A DNA stretch of 63,258 nt, filler included, from Octopus bimaculoides (lineage: Eukaryota): assembly GCF_001194135.2 (NCBI RefSeq). It is 11 parts of 11 records of this genome, joined end to end, with 100 filler letters (N's around TTAATTAATTAA, not from the genome) between each part and the next. Parts side by side here need not be neighbours in the genome. Positions count along the whole stretch, not along the records: positions 33,406 to 51,940 come from NC_068989.1; 10 more parts are not named here. The stretch is one strand, 5' to 3'. Below the pieces are notes generated by a model. It was given only the letters and a program-made list of their open reading frames with translations. It made no database searches and was not told the origin of the DNA. The position numbers were made by a program, and so were the translations under genes. How positions within the stretch are numbered: position 1 is the first letter of the stretch; every line of letters starts with the position of its first letter. Shown in pieces: positions 37,507-50,370 of this stretch.

Positions 37507-38201
37507 CACACACACACGTANNNNNNNNNNNNNNNNNNNNNNNNNNNNNNNNNNNNNNNNNNNNNNNNNNNNNNNNNNNNNNNNNTATATATATATATAT
37601 ATGTAATGCATGACAAGATTCCACCAAGATTCCGTTTACAAAACTCATTCACAAGGCGTTGATCAACCTAGGCGTATAGTAGACGGCATTTGCCGAAGGT
37701 ACCGCGCTGTGGAATTGATCGCAAAACCATGCGTTTGCAAAGATTGCTTATCAACCGCACAGTCCTTTTATATAATAATTTTACAAAAGTTGAGACTTAT
37801 TGGCTCCTGCCTAGAAACAAAAATAAAGACACACATTCACGCATAGATATTCGTGTGTATCTGTCTGTGCATGTATAATCACGCAACTCAAATACAAATT
37901 GACTTTCTCTGCATATTTATTACTATATATATATTACACATTGCTGCAAAGTCGTTTGCTTCAAACATTTGTATCTTGCATCCATCCCATTAATCCATAT
38001 TTACACACATACACAGCTCTATGCGCACTTACGAACATACAGGCACGTATGTATACATGTATACATGCATACATGCATACATACATACATAAATACATAC
38101 ATACATGCAAGTTTACAACAAAATATGTGTATATTTATGAATACATGCCATACGTACTAACACAGATAAATCATCCACTTCTATCCTTCTCCATGTATAT
38201 G

Positions 38202-38248
<47 letters not shown>

Positions 38249-38558
38249 CATGCACATGTATGTGCATATGTGAATTATCCTCACTGCTATTATTATCATT
38301 ATGCATTAATATATATATATGCATATNNNNNNNNNNNNNNNNNNNNNNNNNNNNNNNNNNNNNNNNNNNNNNNNNNNNNNNNNNNNNNNNNNNNNNNNNN
38401 NNNNNNNNNNNNNNNNNNNNNNNNNNNNNNNNNNNNNNNNNNNNNNNNNNNNNNNNNNNNNNNNNNNNNNNNNNNNNNNNNNNNNNNNNNNNNNNNNNNN
38501 NNNNNNNNNNNNNNNNNNNNNNNNNNNNNNNNNNNNNNNNNNNATATATATATGTATA

Positions 38559-38602
<44 letters not shown>

Positions 38603-40116
38603 CATACATATATACATATATACATATAAATATATATATATATATACACACACACATACACACACATATATACATACATACATAACTATATATATGTATA
38701 TACATATGCATGTATATATACATACATAAATACGCACACGTATATATAAATATATAAGGGGGGAGAGAGTGAGGTAGCTATATATGCATATATATATATT
38801 TTTTTTTTTTTGTATGCCTGTATGTATGTATGTATGTATGTATGTATAATAGAAGGGGAAATACGAAGTGGCTGTATTTTCTACAATATATGTATATAAT
38901 AAATATTCATCTTGTAGTAAAATCACACTTGATATCCAACAAATCTATAATAGTGTGTTATTATAGAGTTCACAAATGACAATATCACTGCTACTGGGTA
39001 ATAACATGGTGACTACGTAGAGTGGCTTGTAATTAAGAGGATGGCGTAGACTTTACTGTTGAAGGCGACACACTGGCAATTATTCCCATCAAATGTCTCC
39101 CTTTCTCTACGCACACACATATATTCATATCTGAATCTAAATTTAAACACACACACACACACACAAACACCTGGATACACACACACCTGCATACACGCGT
39201 AAGTCATTATGGAATATTATTTTCGTACGATATATCCACATCACCCTCTACCACGTTCTCTATATGTATACTTTTATCGGGGTCCTTCCTTTTTGCGTAT
39301 CTCTCTCTCTGTCTCTCTCTGTTTCTCCCTCCCACTAGCTCTTTATGCCTCTCTATCTTTTTGTGTGTATATGTTTAAGAATATATATATATATANNNNN
39401 NNNNNTAGATAGATAGATAGATAGATAGATAGATTAGTTACAGGGTCCATTAGAATCTCGGCATATAAATAAGTAGAAAGGTGCGAATGGGTGGGTACTT
39501 AACACTGAGTTCACAGTAAGGTAGAATAAGGGTAAAACACACTCGGTCATGAATGACCATGGATTGCCTCTTAAACATTACCCCCACCGAGGGAATAGTC
39601 TAGGCAAGGTTGTTTATGGAAAGCAAATGGTTATACTGCTGTTGGTACAAATGCATACATACATGCATACGTGTACATTGGTCTTGTTTGCATAACTTCT
39701 TAAACACACACGCACACATATTGGTGTGTGCGTATATGTGAATGTGTGTGCATGTGCACGTATTTGTTTGGCTATCGTAACTACAAGCTGGTGATGCTGA
39801 CGAAAGCGCTTTTACGTAACTACCTGAAACTGGCAGGAATCCACGAAGAGTTAAATTTACTTATCGCTAGGTCAGCATTGACTTAGCTGCCTATGATCAA
39901 ACGCAGTCCAACCGAGAACATCCTGTCGTTTTGCAAATAAGTATAACTAAAGAGTCCAATGTTATTATTATTTTGCTGGAAATAACTGCGATTGAAGCGA
40001 ATTTGGCAAGTATTTCAGTTAGGTCAAGTTACCACAAAGATGCTCCTTCACGAATGAAAAAACGGTGCAGCAGATTGAATTTTATAAATAAATGGTTATA
40101 CAGCTACTGGTACAAA

Positions 40117-40461
40117 TACCTACCTACCTACCTACCTACCTACCTACCTACCTACCTACCTACCTACCTACCTACCTACCTACCTGCCTGCCGGCCTACC
40201 TACCTACCTACCTACCTACCTACCTACCTACCTACCTACCTACCTGCCTACCTACCTACCTACCTACCTACCTACTTACCACTACCAACCTATCTACNNN
40301 NNNNNNNCCTACCTACCTACCTACCTACCTACCTACCTGCCTACCTACCTACCTACCTACCTACCTACTTACCACTACCAACCTATCTACCTACCAACTT
40401 AGCTACCTACCTACCTATCTACCTACCTACCTACCTACCTACATACATACTTACATACATA
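40117..40461 (+). repeat. (TACC)n microsatellite grading into (TACA)n
   Basis: Directly visible. It generates the PTYL-repeat ORFs. Confidence 0.97.
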
Positions 40462-40484
40462 CAATCTGGAAAAGCTGGTATCTT

Positions 40485-41672
40485 TATTATGTTGTTCCAA
40501 AAATAATGGCCGCTCGAAGTATTGTGTTTTGAAATGCAATTTTATCATAATATTTTAATTATATTTTAGGTGAATTTCGACATACTTAATAATTGATGTA
40601 TGCTCTTTAATAATTTTCTAGTTATTTCAGACAGAAAACATTCTTGAAGCATAGGCGCCCTTAATTATGAATATGACAACAAAGAACCTTCGCTTATTTT
40701 TCTTGCATGAGTTCAAGCTTGGGCACAATGCCTCCCATACTGCTACCAATATCAACAGAGCATGGTGAGAGGGGTCCACAAGTGATCGCACACTACGAAA
40801 GTTGTTTCAGAAAGTTCGTAATAGTAATGAGAGCCTTGAAGATGAACAATGTGGAGGACGGTCATGCAGTCTTGACAATTGTTGAACAAAACCCATGTCA
40901 AAGTGTCAGAGAAATGTCTCAGGCACTTGGAGTCAGTATTGCAACGATCTCACGCAATCTGCAGAAGATTGGTAAGGTGAAAATCTCGATAAATTGGCAC
41001 CACATGAGCTCAATGAAAATCAAAAAGTTTGGCGTTTTGAAGTGTGCTCGATGCTCAGTCTGTGAAACACCATTGATCCTTTTCTTGACCGAATAGTTAC
41101 CTGTGACGAAAAGCGGATCAATTATGATAACCGGAAACGATCAGGTCAATGGCTTGATCGTGATGACTCCTCCAAACATTTCCCAAAGCCAAAGCTACAT
41201 CAGCAAAAGATTATGATGACTGTCTGGTGGTCTGCAATTGGTGTTGTCCATTACAGCTTTCTGGAAGCCAATCAGAGCATTACAGCAGAGGTTTACTGCA
41301 ATCAACTCGCCGAAATGTATGCTCACTTGCTAAAAATGAGACCTGCATTGGTGAATCGGCGTGGACCAATTCTGCTCCACAACAATGCAAAGCCACATTT
41401 TACAAGAATGACATTGCAGAAACTCACAGACTTGGGATACAAAACTTTACCACATCCTCCGTATTCTCCTGATCCTTCACCTACTGACTACCATTTTTTA
41501 AGCATTTAATCAAATTTTTAAGTGATAAAACTTTCAGGTCCAAACCAGAGGTGGAATCAACTTTCAACGATTTCTTAGCATCAAAGCCAATAAGTTTTAT
41601 CAGCGAGGCATAAATAATCTCGTTGATCGATGGCAGAGGTGCATCGATGTTCACGGCTCATACTTCGACTAA
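40485..41672 (+). mobile_element. Mariner (DD34D, Hsmar1/cecropia-like) transposon, pseudogenised
   Basis: Left end TA-TTATGTTGTTCCAAAAATAATGGCCGCT. The transposase remnant runs 40667-41672: FFLHEFKLG, ESLEDE, IGKVK..DKLAPHEL, IVTCDEK, LLHNNAKPH (second catalytic D changed to N), HPPYSPDPSPTDYH. It has stops and frameshifts, and no clear right TIR. Confidence 0.93.
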
Positions 41673-42964
41673 GCAAAACATTTCTATTACTCTTTTATTT
41701 GTTTCAGTCCTTTGACTGCGGCCATGCTGGAGCACCGCCTTATAATCTGCAAGCAGAACAATATAAATATGCAAGTTTTTCGTCAACTTCAAAATGTTAA
41801 TTTGTTTTTGTCATCTACATTCTAGCGATGGCGCTTTTTATCTTTGTTAGAAGCCATCTCCTTCCTTACAGTAAGACTTTAACAGATGAAAAATAGAATA
41901 AAACACATGCATACATACATGTATGCATGCATACATACACACACGTGTGTGTGTGTGTATAACCAAAACTCGTAACTCGGAAACAATTCGTTAATTCACT
42001 CTCTACTACCAATCGTTCCATTCTCCATCAGTTACACATACCGACTCCTTCCTTAAATAACTTATAAACGCAACCTCTCGCAGAACCCACCTTTCTCTGG
42101 GAGTCCTCCCTCCCAAATCACGGTTCCAATACTTATAATGCAGAATAAATGAATATCCTAAAACCAATATATTCACCAGCACCCGTGAAAGATTTCAGTT
42201 TTAAAAACTCCTCTTAAGCCCTTTGTTACCAACTCATCCTACACCTCCTTATCATTGCAGAATATAAAAGCACCCAAGATGGCAGGCATTCACATAATCG
42301 TGTTCAAATCAAAATATTGATGTAAATGTTTTACTGCATTAGTGATAACAAGTGATTTCACTCGATAAAACTTGCTGTCCATATACCCAATGTTCACAAG
42401 CGTGAATTTTCTGCTTTCAGAATTTGGGGGATTATTTTTTACCAAATCTAGTTTTTATTTTTAACATTCTGATCCACGCCATTTTTTTTTAAAATGTCAT
42501 ATAAATTCATATAAGTGTCATAGTGCGTAATAGCAATTGTGAATTTGAAGGAAATTCGAATGCAGCAAATAAACGAAGTACATCAAGCATAAAATGTAAT
42601 GGCGTTTGAACCGGATGTTTAAATTTCCGAGTGTAAACACCCGGGACAACCGTAGAGGATGCGATGATTTCCAGAAGGAAAATGTCGTTGACCTGTTAAA
42701 AATACTTCATTTCGCAAAACTTCTGAAGCAGCCAGACCAAATCCAGGCAGTTATCCTACAGGCTCAAAATCCACTGACTACTCATTATTATTCAATTCAA
42801 GTAAATCCTTATAATAACAAGCAAAATAATCGCTAAGCAAAAAGTAATCAGAAGAAGAAAAGAAAGGAGAAAAAATCTGGATGAAATAAGGGCCTTTTTG
42901 TGATCTATAACAAGCACATAGTAAGCTGTATAATAAAATATAATATAATATGATGTTGTTTGTT

Positions 42965-43058
42965 CCTTCTCGAGCCATGTCTGGCTCATAATAGCCAGTT
43001 TCTCTGGTTTCATTGGCGTATAGGTTCCCCACCTGGACGGGATGCCGGTCCGTCGCAA
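42965..43058 (-). mobile_element. Isolated SINE tail matching the alternative family-D tail
   Basis: GCGACGGACCGGCATCCCGTCCAGG...GAAACC...ATGAGCC aligns to ~45160-45240. Confidence 0.6.
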
Positions 43059-43264
43059 TAATATATGATATAACGTAATATAATATAATGCAATGTGATA
43101 TAACTCATTTTATATATTTCAACAAAAATGTAAATAAATTGATATTTCAGGTTTTACTTCTATTATCTGTAATTAGAATGGGAGAAGTTTTAAGGCACAG
43201 ACCATAACGGATTAATGGAAAAAATTAGAAACATTTATATTGCTGTTCCATTAGGGTTTGAGAA

Positions 43265-43443
43265 AGTGGCGAGCTGGGATAATTGTTAGTATGCTGGACA
43301 AAATGCTTCGTGGTATTTTGTAAGTCATTATGATCTGAGCTCAAATTTCACCGAGGTTGACTTTGCTTTTCATCCTTTCAGGGTCGATGAAATAAGTACC
43401 AGTCAAGTACTGGGGTCGCTGTAATCCATTTCTCCCCGGTCCG
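43265..43443 (+). mobile_element. SINE family A, diverged
   Basis: GTGGCGAGCTGG head and GAGGTTGACTTTGCTTTTCATCCTTTCAGGGTCGA core. Confidence 0.8.
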
Positions 43444-43842
43444 AAAAAAGAAAGAGAATGGATATAAATGAATATAAGCGATGACTTAGTAGATTCATGC
43501 TCTAAAGCGGTCAAGCTATGATCTCACCATTCTTTTGTAGTTACATTTAAATTTAAATTTAATACATAGAATACATTATCCAATATTTCCTTCTTGTTTT
43601 AAGATGTTAGCATGCACAGAAATCTCACGATAGGTGAAAATCTGCGAAATAGAAACAGTACTGTATGTATGTTTTTATTATTCTTATAATTTGTATATAT
43701 TTATTTTATTATAAATGCAAAATAACACCACGGTGGCATCGACGTAAGCTTAAATAATAAACCGCCATAGGTGAACCGCGATATGGCGAGCAATTATTGT
43801 AATTCAATTGGGATTTGTTTGTCATTTCTAACGGCCATGTAA

Positions 43843-43861
43843 TGGCGCCCCCTGTTGGCTC
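43843..43861 (-). promoter_or_regulatory. CTCF-like motif in unique CpG-containing sequence
   Basis: Minus strand GAGCCAACAGGGGGCGCCA versus consensus TGGCCACCAGGGGGCGCTA, with one mismatch in the 14-bp core. AP-1-like TGAGTCA at 43957-43963. Confidence 0.45.
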
Positions 43862-44974
43862 AAGATTGACATTGTTTTCCAGTGTTACCTTAACGCGGAA
43901 TGCATTAAAAGAAATTTATCATCTGGGACAGGTCTGTTAAATCGCACTCTCCAGAATGAGTCACTCACCCATTACAGAATACTTTGAGTAAGTCTTTGTT
44001 TCTCCGTTAAATTTGTGGTTTTAGTCAGAAGAGAAAAAGAAAAAGAAAAACGAAGGAAAGAAGAAGCATAAAATATTACATCGGCAAGTCTTCGCCGATT
44101 GCATGATCTGTAATGCTTTACACCAATTACATTTCGCTTTTATCGTAGTTGGCAACAAAAGAGATTTTCTTCTAAATACACCGTCGACAACGATGAAAAT
44201 GAAGACGACGACGACAACAACAACTACAAGCATATTTGGAAAGGGGAGGAGAGGCAAATGCAGAAAATATAGGAGAGGAGGAAAAAGAGAAAGAGGGTGG
44301 AAGAAAAGGTGTTGAAGATTAAAAGAAGATAAGGAGTAAAAGAAGAGATTAAAGACAAAAAAAAACATGCTCAAGAAAAAGATGAAGAACAATAAGAAAA
44401 ATGATACTAACAGTCAGAATTACAACAATAGCAACAACAACAATGATAATAACAACGAGTTCAACAATAAATAACAACAACAACAACCATAAAAACAACA
44501 ACAACAACACCGCCCCAACCACAAATACTAACAACAAAAAAAAATAAAGATTTCAACTATGGCAACAATAACCAGTGAGGCACCATCTCTACCATTATCG
44601 CCACGAACTGCCATCATTACCACGAACATAAAAAACAACGATTTCAACAACAACAACAACAACAGAAGCACCACCACCACCACCGCTACCAGCAAAGCTT
44701 TGATTATTTGCAGTTTTCCATTGGGACAAAATATTTCTTCAATATTTTTTCCTGATACATTCTCACAACACGCATTTCATTTTTTAATGTTATCTTTTCA
44801 TTGCNNNNNNNNNNNNNNNNNNNNNNNNNNNNNNNNNNNNNNNNNNNNAAAAAAAAAAAAAAAAAAGAAAAGATGCAACACCGATATTATTCTCCTTTAT
44901 AAAATCTTCATTCAAACACAATCTAAATAGCAGGTTCAAATTTCCAAGCTCTTAGCAAAGGAAGATGTCTTCAG

Positions 44975-45273
44975 AGGGCAGCGGACACGCGGTCGGAGGA
45001 TCGCCGTTTCGATTTCCAGACCGGGCGTTGTGTGTGTTTATTGAGCGAAAGCACCTAAAGCTCCACGAGGCTCCGGCAGGGGGTGGTAGTGACCCCTGTT
45101 GTACTCTTTCGCCCCAACTTTCTCTCACTCTTTCTTCCTGTTTCTTGAGTAAAGCTGCGATGGACTGGGGTCCCGTCCAGCTGGGGTGGGGAGAAACACA
45201 TATGCCATAGAAACCGGGAAACCGGGCCCATGAGCCTGGCTAGGCTTTAAAAGAGCGCATAAATAAATAAAAA
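44975..45273 (+). mobile_element. SINE family D variant with an alternative 3' tail
   Basis: Shares head and body with 19886-20270 up to CTTCCTGTTTCT (45145), then an unrelated tail ending AAAAGAGCGCATAAATAAATAAAAA. Confidence 0.8.
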
Positions 45274-47041
45274 ACTCAACAGGTACTTATTTTATCGATC
45301 CCAAAATGATGAAAGCCAAAATCATTCTCGGGGCGGAATTTGAACTCAACGTAATGACAGACGAAATGCCATTGAGCGTTTTTCCTCTTTGTATTCTCCC
45401 TCTCTTTCCTTCATTTTCCCTCCCGTATTATTTTTACCATTTCTTCACTCCTCTTATTCATTCCCATCTTTTCCTGCCCTCCTTAACTGTTCACTATTCA
45501 GTCTCCTATCTCTCTTTCTCCCTCTTATACTTTTCATTCCCCATCTCTATCTTTCATCTCCTTAATCGCCTATCTTTCTATTTTCGCCTTCAACTCCTAT
45601 CTCCTCATTTAAATCTCATATTTTTCCTCCTTCCACGTCTCATTATTTTCCTCTTAATCTCCCTCTCTTCATCGCTCTTGTGTTTGCGTGTGTTTGTACG
45701 TGTGTGTGTGTCTGCCTGTCCCTATCTTGTCTTTATGTGTCTAAATGCATTTTCTCTCAACTTATTGCTTTTCTCCCCCTGTTCTCCACTTCCCTATATT
45801 CCTTTCGAATCTAGGCCTCATCTCCTCACTATTCCTCCTCTTATATACCATCTAATGTTCAATATACAGATATACTTTCTATTCTATTCTATATAATTTC
45901 TGTCACATTGAAGAAGAAGCTGCTGTCCTTAACGAACAGACAACAGGCTTGTCTAATCACCGACAGCGGCCGCAACAAAAACTAATAGATACGTCAACCA
46001 CCAGTACAATCAACACTATCACAATAATTACCAATAACAACAACAGCAACAACGGCAACTATTACTATAATTATACTACAACAATATCATCAACAACATC
46101 AACAACAACAACAGCAATAATAATAGTAATTACTTTCATCAACAGCACAAGCGTTTTCAGCATCAATATTCCATCTCCGTACAACAATGATAGCAACAAC
46201 TAGAAAAGTAACAGCAAAACTCAAGATGCTCTTAGTGCCATCACTGTGGCGACGACTGTCACCAACACAATCAGTACTACAACTAATAACAACAACAACA
46301 ACAACAACAACAAAAACAACGGAAACTACATCATTTACGACTATCTCAACAATGAATGCAGCTAGTAACAGATGCTATCTGCTTGTCACTGATGGCCGCC
46401 ATGTTTCTAACTATACTTTCCTTTATTTTCGTCTCTATCGCAGTCTGATATTTCATCAAAAAAATGGTGGTTTTTTAGAAGTGGATTGACATTCGAGGAG
46501 CAGGTTGGCTCAGTAATTTAGTGGCAAGTACTTTAAAATGACATAAGACGGCTGTGGTCGTTGCTGGCTTTCTTAGTAATGATTTTATCAATCAATCGTG
46601 GTTTTTTTTTTAAATGTTGGTAGCAGTTATTGAAGTTGTAGCTGTTGTTCGTGAAATAGCTGTAGTAGTTGTTGTTGTTCTTGTTAACACACCTGATTAT
46701 AAAGGTATGACAAGATGGTAAGTGTTTCGACGGAAAATGAAAACACTTGTCGTCAAGAATAAATGCAATGGCGGGAGGAGAAATGGGGTGGTGAGCGGTT
46801 ATTTTTATGCTGTCGTTAAAAAGTGGATTATGTTGACAGCTGAGAAATTATTATGATGATGGAAACAGGACGATTGTTTCTCGGGAATGGATGCAAAAAA
46901 AAAAACGAAACACATATACAGAAAGACGTACTCAGACATGTATGTCTATAATGTATTCATATTGCGTCACTTTACATACATACATACATACATACATACT
47001 TACATACATACATACAGACAGACAGACATATGTGTATATAT

Positions 47042-47117
<76 letters not shown>

Positions 47118-47357
47118 ACATACACATATATAAATATATACATACATATATATATAAATATATACATATGTATACATATATATACATACATATATATATA
47201 CATATATATGCATATCAATAAATGTATTTCCTATCTTTCTGTCATGTATGTATATATATGTATATATATATATATATATATATACTTACGTAATATCTAT
47301 AATTATATTCCCATTCTCACATACATACGTACAAACATTTATACATACATACATACA

Positions 47358-47562
47358 TGCATAGCAGCGCAGTCTGTCTTGGACATAAGACCACTACATC
47401 ACAACAGGATGAAAAATTCCTCAATGGGATCCAGGCACTGCAACACTGATGGAAGAAATGTGTGGACAGTAGGGAGGAACTATGTTGAAAAATAAGTCTG
47501 ATTTGGTCACATTCCATGAGAAAATCTTGGTCAGCCTATGAACTTTTTAGCCAACCCTCGTA
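47358..47562 (+). mobile_element. 3' end of a mariner transposon (irritans-like TIR)
   Basis: QDEKFLNGIQALQH*WKKCVDSR(fs)NYVEK*, then GGTCAGCCTATGAACTTTTTAGCCAACCCTCG-TA. The 5' boundary is approximate. Confidence 0.7.
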
Positions 47563-47748
47563 ACTCTTGGCCATGCGTAAGGCTAAAAACCACAATCTTT
47601 GAAAAGTCACCTTCTGAGCTTGGGAAGATATTCTGCAAGTTGCGATATTCATACACATTTTAACACCACCAAATATATTTATACATTTGTAGGAGAAAAA
47701 AACAATTCAACACCGATTTTTCTGATCAAAGTTGATCTGAAATATATA

Positions 47749-48592
47749 CAGGGTGCAATGGGTAAATTGTCGCCATTTTATATCTTAAATTTCACGCATG
47801 CTCATTGTTTGTTTTGATTTTGTCGACTACACAGTATAGTAGAGTCAGTTGGGCATCGTCTGTGAGAAAATCAGAACAATGACGCAATTCACTCTGCCAG
47901 ATATTTGGAAATGACGTGCTGTACTGCTTGGCATTCGCGCCGGAAGCTCCAATTCGAACATGTACCGAGAGTGATAAAAAAATCAAACATCCAGTCAATA
48001 CCTTGGTGTTTGGAGTGATCACTAGTGATGGCGACGTTATACCTCCATTCATCTTCCCACACGGCGTCACACTCGACACGAAGGCCTACATCAAGTGCCT
48101 GGATGAGGTAGTGCTGCCCTGGGTCAAGAGGGTGGCTACTAGAAGACCCTATGTCTGGTAACAGGACTCTGCACCATGCCACACAAGAAGAAGCACCCAG
48201 TCATGGCTGTCAAACAATTTCGGCGACCACTTCACCCTTAACATCTGGCCACCTAACTCCCCAGACTGCAAACTCTTTGATTATTAGGTGTTGGGTGCAG
48301 TTGAGCGAGAGAGACCAACAAAATTCCTTGTAATATCAAAGATGAATTAAAGGCAACGATTATAGCAGCATTCTCCAACTTAAACAAGGAGGCTGTCCAA
48401 AAGAGTTGCAGGAGATTCCGAAGTCGTCTGGAGGTCGTGGTTGAAGCCAATGGCGATTTTATTGAATAAATTTACTCTTTAGTATTTCAAGATATCTTTA
48501 TGTAATTTTGGTAAATATATCTGTTAAAATGCGATGCCTATGTTATTTTCACTTTTGCGTAATTTAGACGACAGTTTATTCACCGTACCCTG
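47749..48592 (+). mobile_element. Internally deleted DD37D (maT) Tc1/mariner-superfamily element with both TIRs
   Basis: Imperfect TIRs CAGGGTGCAATGGGTAAATTGTCG and CAGGGTACGGTGAATAAACTGTCG, with TA on both sides. QDSAPCH...WPPNSPDCKLFDY has 37 residues between the last two catalytic Asp. Stops and a frameshift are present, and the HTH and first D are deleted. Confidence 0.9.
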
Positions 48593-49779
48593 TATGTNNN
48601 NNNNNNNNNNNNNNNNNNNNNNNNNNNNNNNNNNNNNNNNNNNNNNNNNNNNNNNNNNNNNNNNNNNNNNNNNNNNNNNNNNNNNNNNNNNNNNNNNNNN
48701 NNNNNNNNNNNNNNNNNNNNNNNNNNNNNNNNNNNNNNNNNNNNNNNNNNNNNNTATATATATATATATACACACGAGATGCAAGCAACAAAAACTTTTT
48801 TTCCAATCTACATAATTATATTAATGTGAGATTCACTCGTTGGCGCAATGGTGGTATCTAAGTTTAAAGCTTTGAAAAGCAGGGATTTTGAAATAGAGGG
48901 ATAGAAATCAATAATATCGAACTGGACAAACTTAGTACTTCTTATCATACATGTTACTAAAGCATTCGAAAGCTGATATGCTATTAATACCGCATCACTA
49001 AGGAAGAAGAATTACATCATTTGGTAAAATTCTACATACAGTTGTCTCTCAAATATACTTGCTAGCTCTTCCAGTCTCAGATTTTGCTGAATTAATAAAT
49101 CTGCATTTTGGATTGCTATAGAAATTAAGTTTACGGGGGATGAAATCATATTACATTGCCTCTGCCAATATCTTTAATTTCAGAGGCGGCGAGCTGGCTG
49201 AATCGTTAACACGCAGATAAGAGACAAAAATATATCCTCCGAGAGTATTTTGTGAGGAAGAAAAAAGAGTAAACAAAACAAACAAAAACCAAACAATAAA
49301 TAAAAAAGAAAGATTAACCTTTTCTTTTCTTAATAGAATAGAGATGCTATTGGTCGAAACATTTTTACTAGTGCAATGGATATATGCAAGCACCTAAATA
49401 AAAAAAATATCAAAAGCAGAAAGTACTCACTACTAAGAATAGAGTTATATATTTTGATATTTGATAAGAAAGTGAAATATCACTGCTTCGTAGTTTCTGC
49501 GAATATTGGATTTTCGATCTTCGTAGGATAGTGAAAAAAAATACGCATTTCTCTTATGTCGTTTATTTGTTCCAGTCATTGAACTGCGATCATGCTGGGG
49601 CACCGCCTTGGAGGGTTTTTGGTGAACAAACCGATAGTACTGCTTATGCTTTTTAAGTCTTTTACCGTAAACAAACCAACACTGGTTGCCAAGTGTAGTG
49701 GGGAAGTCAAACACAGAAATATATGTAGGTATAGTGATGCAAACAGGAAAAAGCAGAAATCAAAATATGAGTATCCTTT

Positions 49780-49978
49780 TCTTGGTTTCAGTCATTTGAC
49801 TGCGGCCATGCTGGAGCATCGCCCTCAGTCGAGCAAATCGACCTCAGGACTTATTCTTTGTAAGCCTAGTACTTATTCTATCGGTTTCTTTCGCCGAGCC
49901 GCTAAGTTACGGGGCGTAAACACACCAACCTCGGTTGTCAAGCGTTGTTTGGGGGTACAAAATCAGACACACAGACCC
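49780..49978 (-). mobile_element. SINE family B 3' half with CpGs retained; head fragment beyond the gap at ~50435-50480
   Basis: GACTGCGGCCATGCTGGAGCATCGCC...TTACGGGGCGTAAACACACC. Confidence 0.88.
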
Positions 49979-50327
49979 CCATATATATATATATATANNN
50001 NNNNNNNNNNNNNNNNNNNNNNNNNNNNNNNNNNNNNNNNNNNNNNNNNNNNNNNNNNNNNNNNNNNNNNNNNNNNNNNNNNNNNNNNNNNNNNNNNNNN
50101 NNNNNNNNNNNNNNNNNNNNNNNNNNNNNNNNNNNNNNNNNNNNNNNNNNNNNNNNNNNNNNNNNNNNNNNNNNNNNNNNNNNNNNNNNNNNNNNNNNNN
50201 NNNNNNNNNNNNNNNNNNNNNNNNNNNNNNNNNNNNNNNNNNNNNNNNNNNNNNNNNNNNNNNNNNNNNNNNNNNNNNNNNNNNNNNNNNNNNNNNNNNN
50301 NNNNNNNNNNNNNNNNNNNNNNNNNNN

Positions 50328-50370
<43 letters not shown>

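Noticed and set aside
39797-39830. CTGACGA...GAAAC as a hammerhead
   Set aside because: The intervening sequence cannot form stem II.
40250-40400. Duplicated CTTACCACTACCAACCTATCTAC unit in the (TACC)n tract
   Set aside because: It straddles a 10-N gap and is probably the same overlap artefact.
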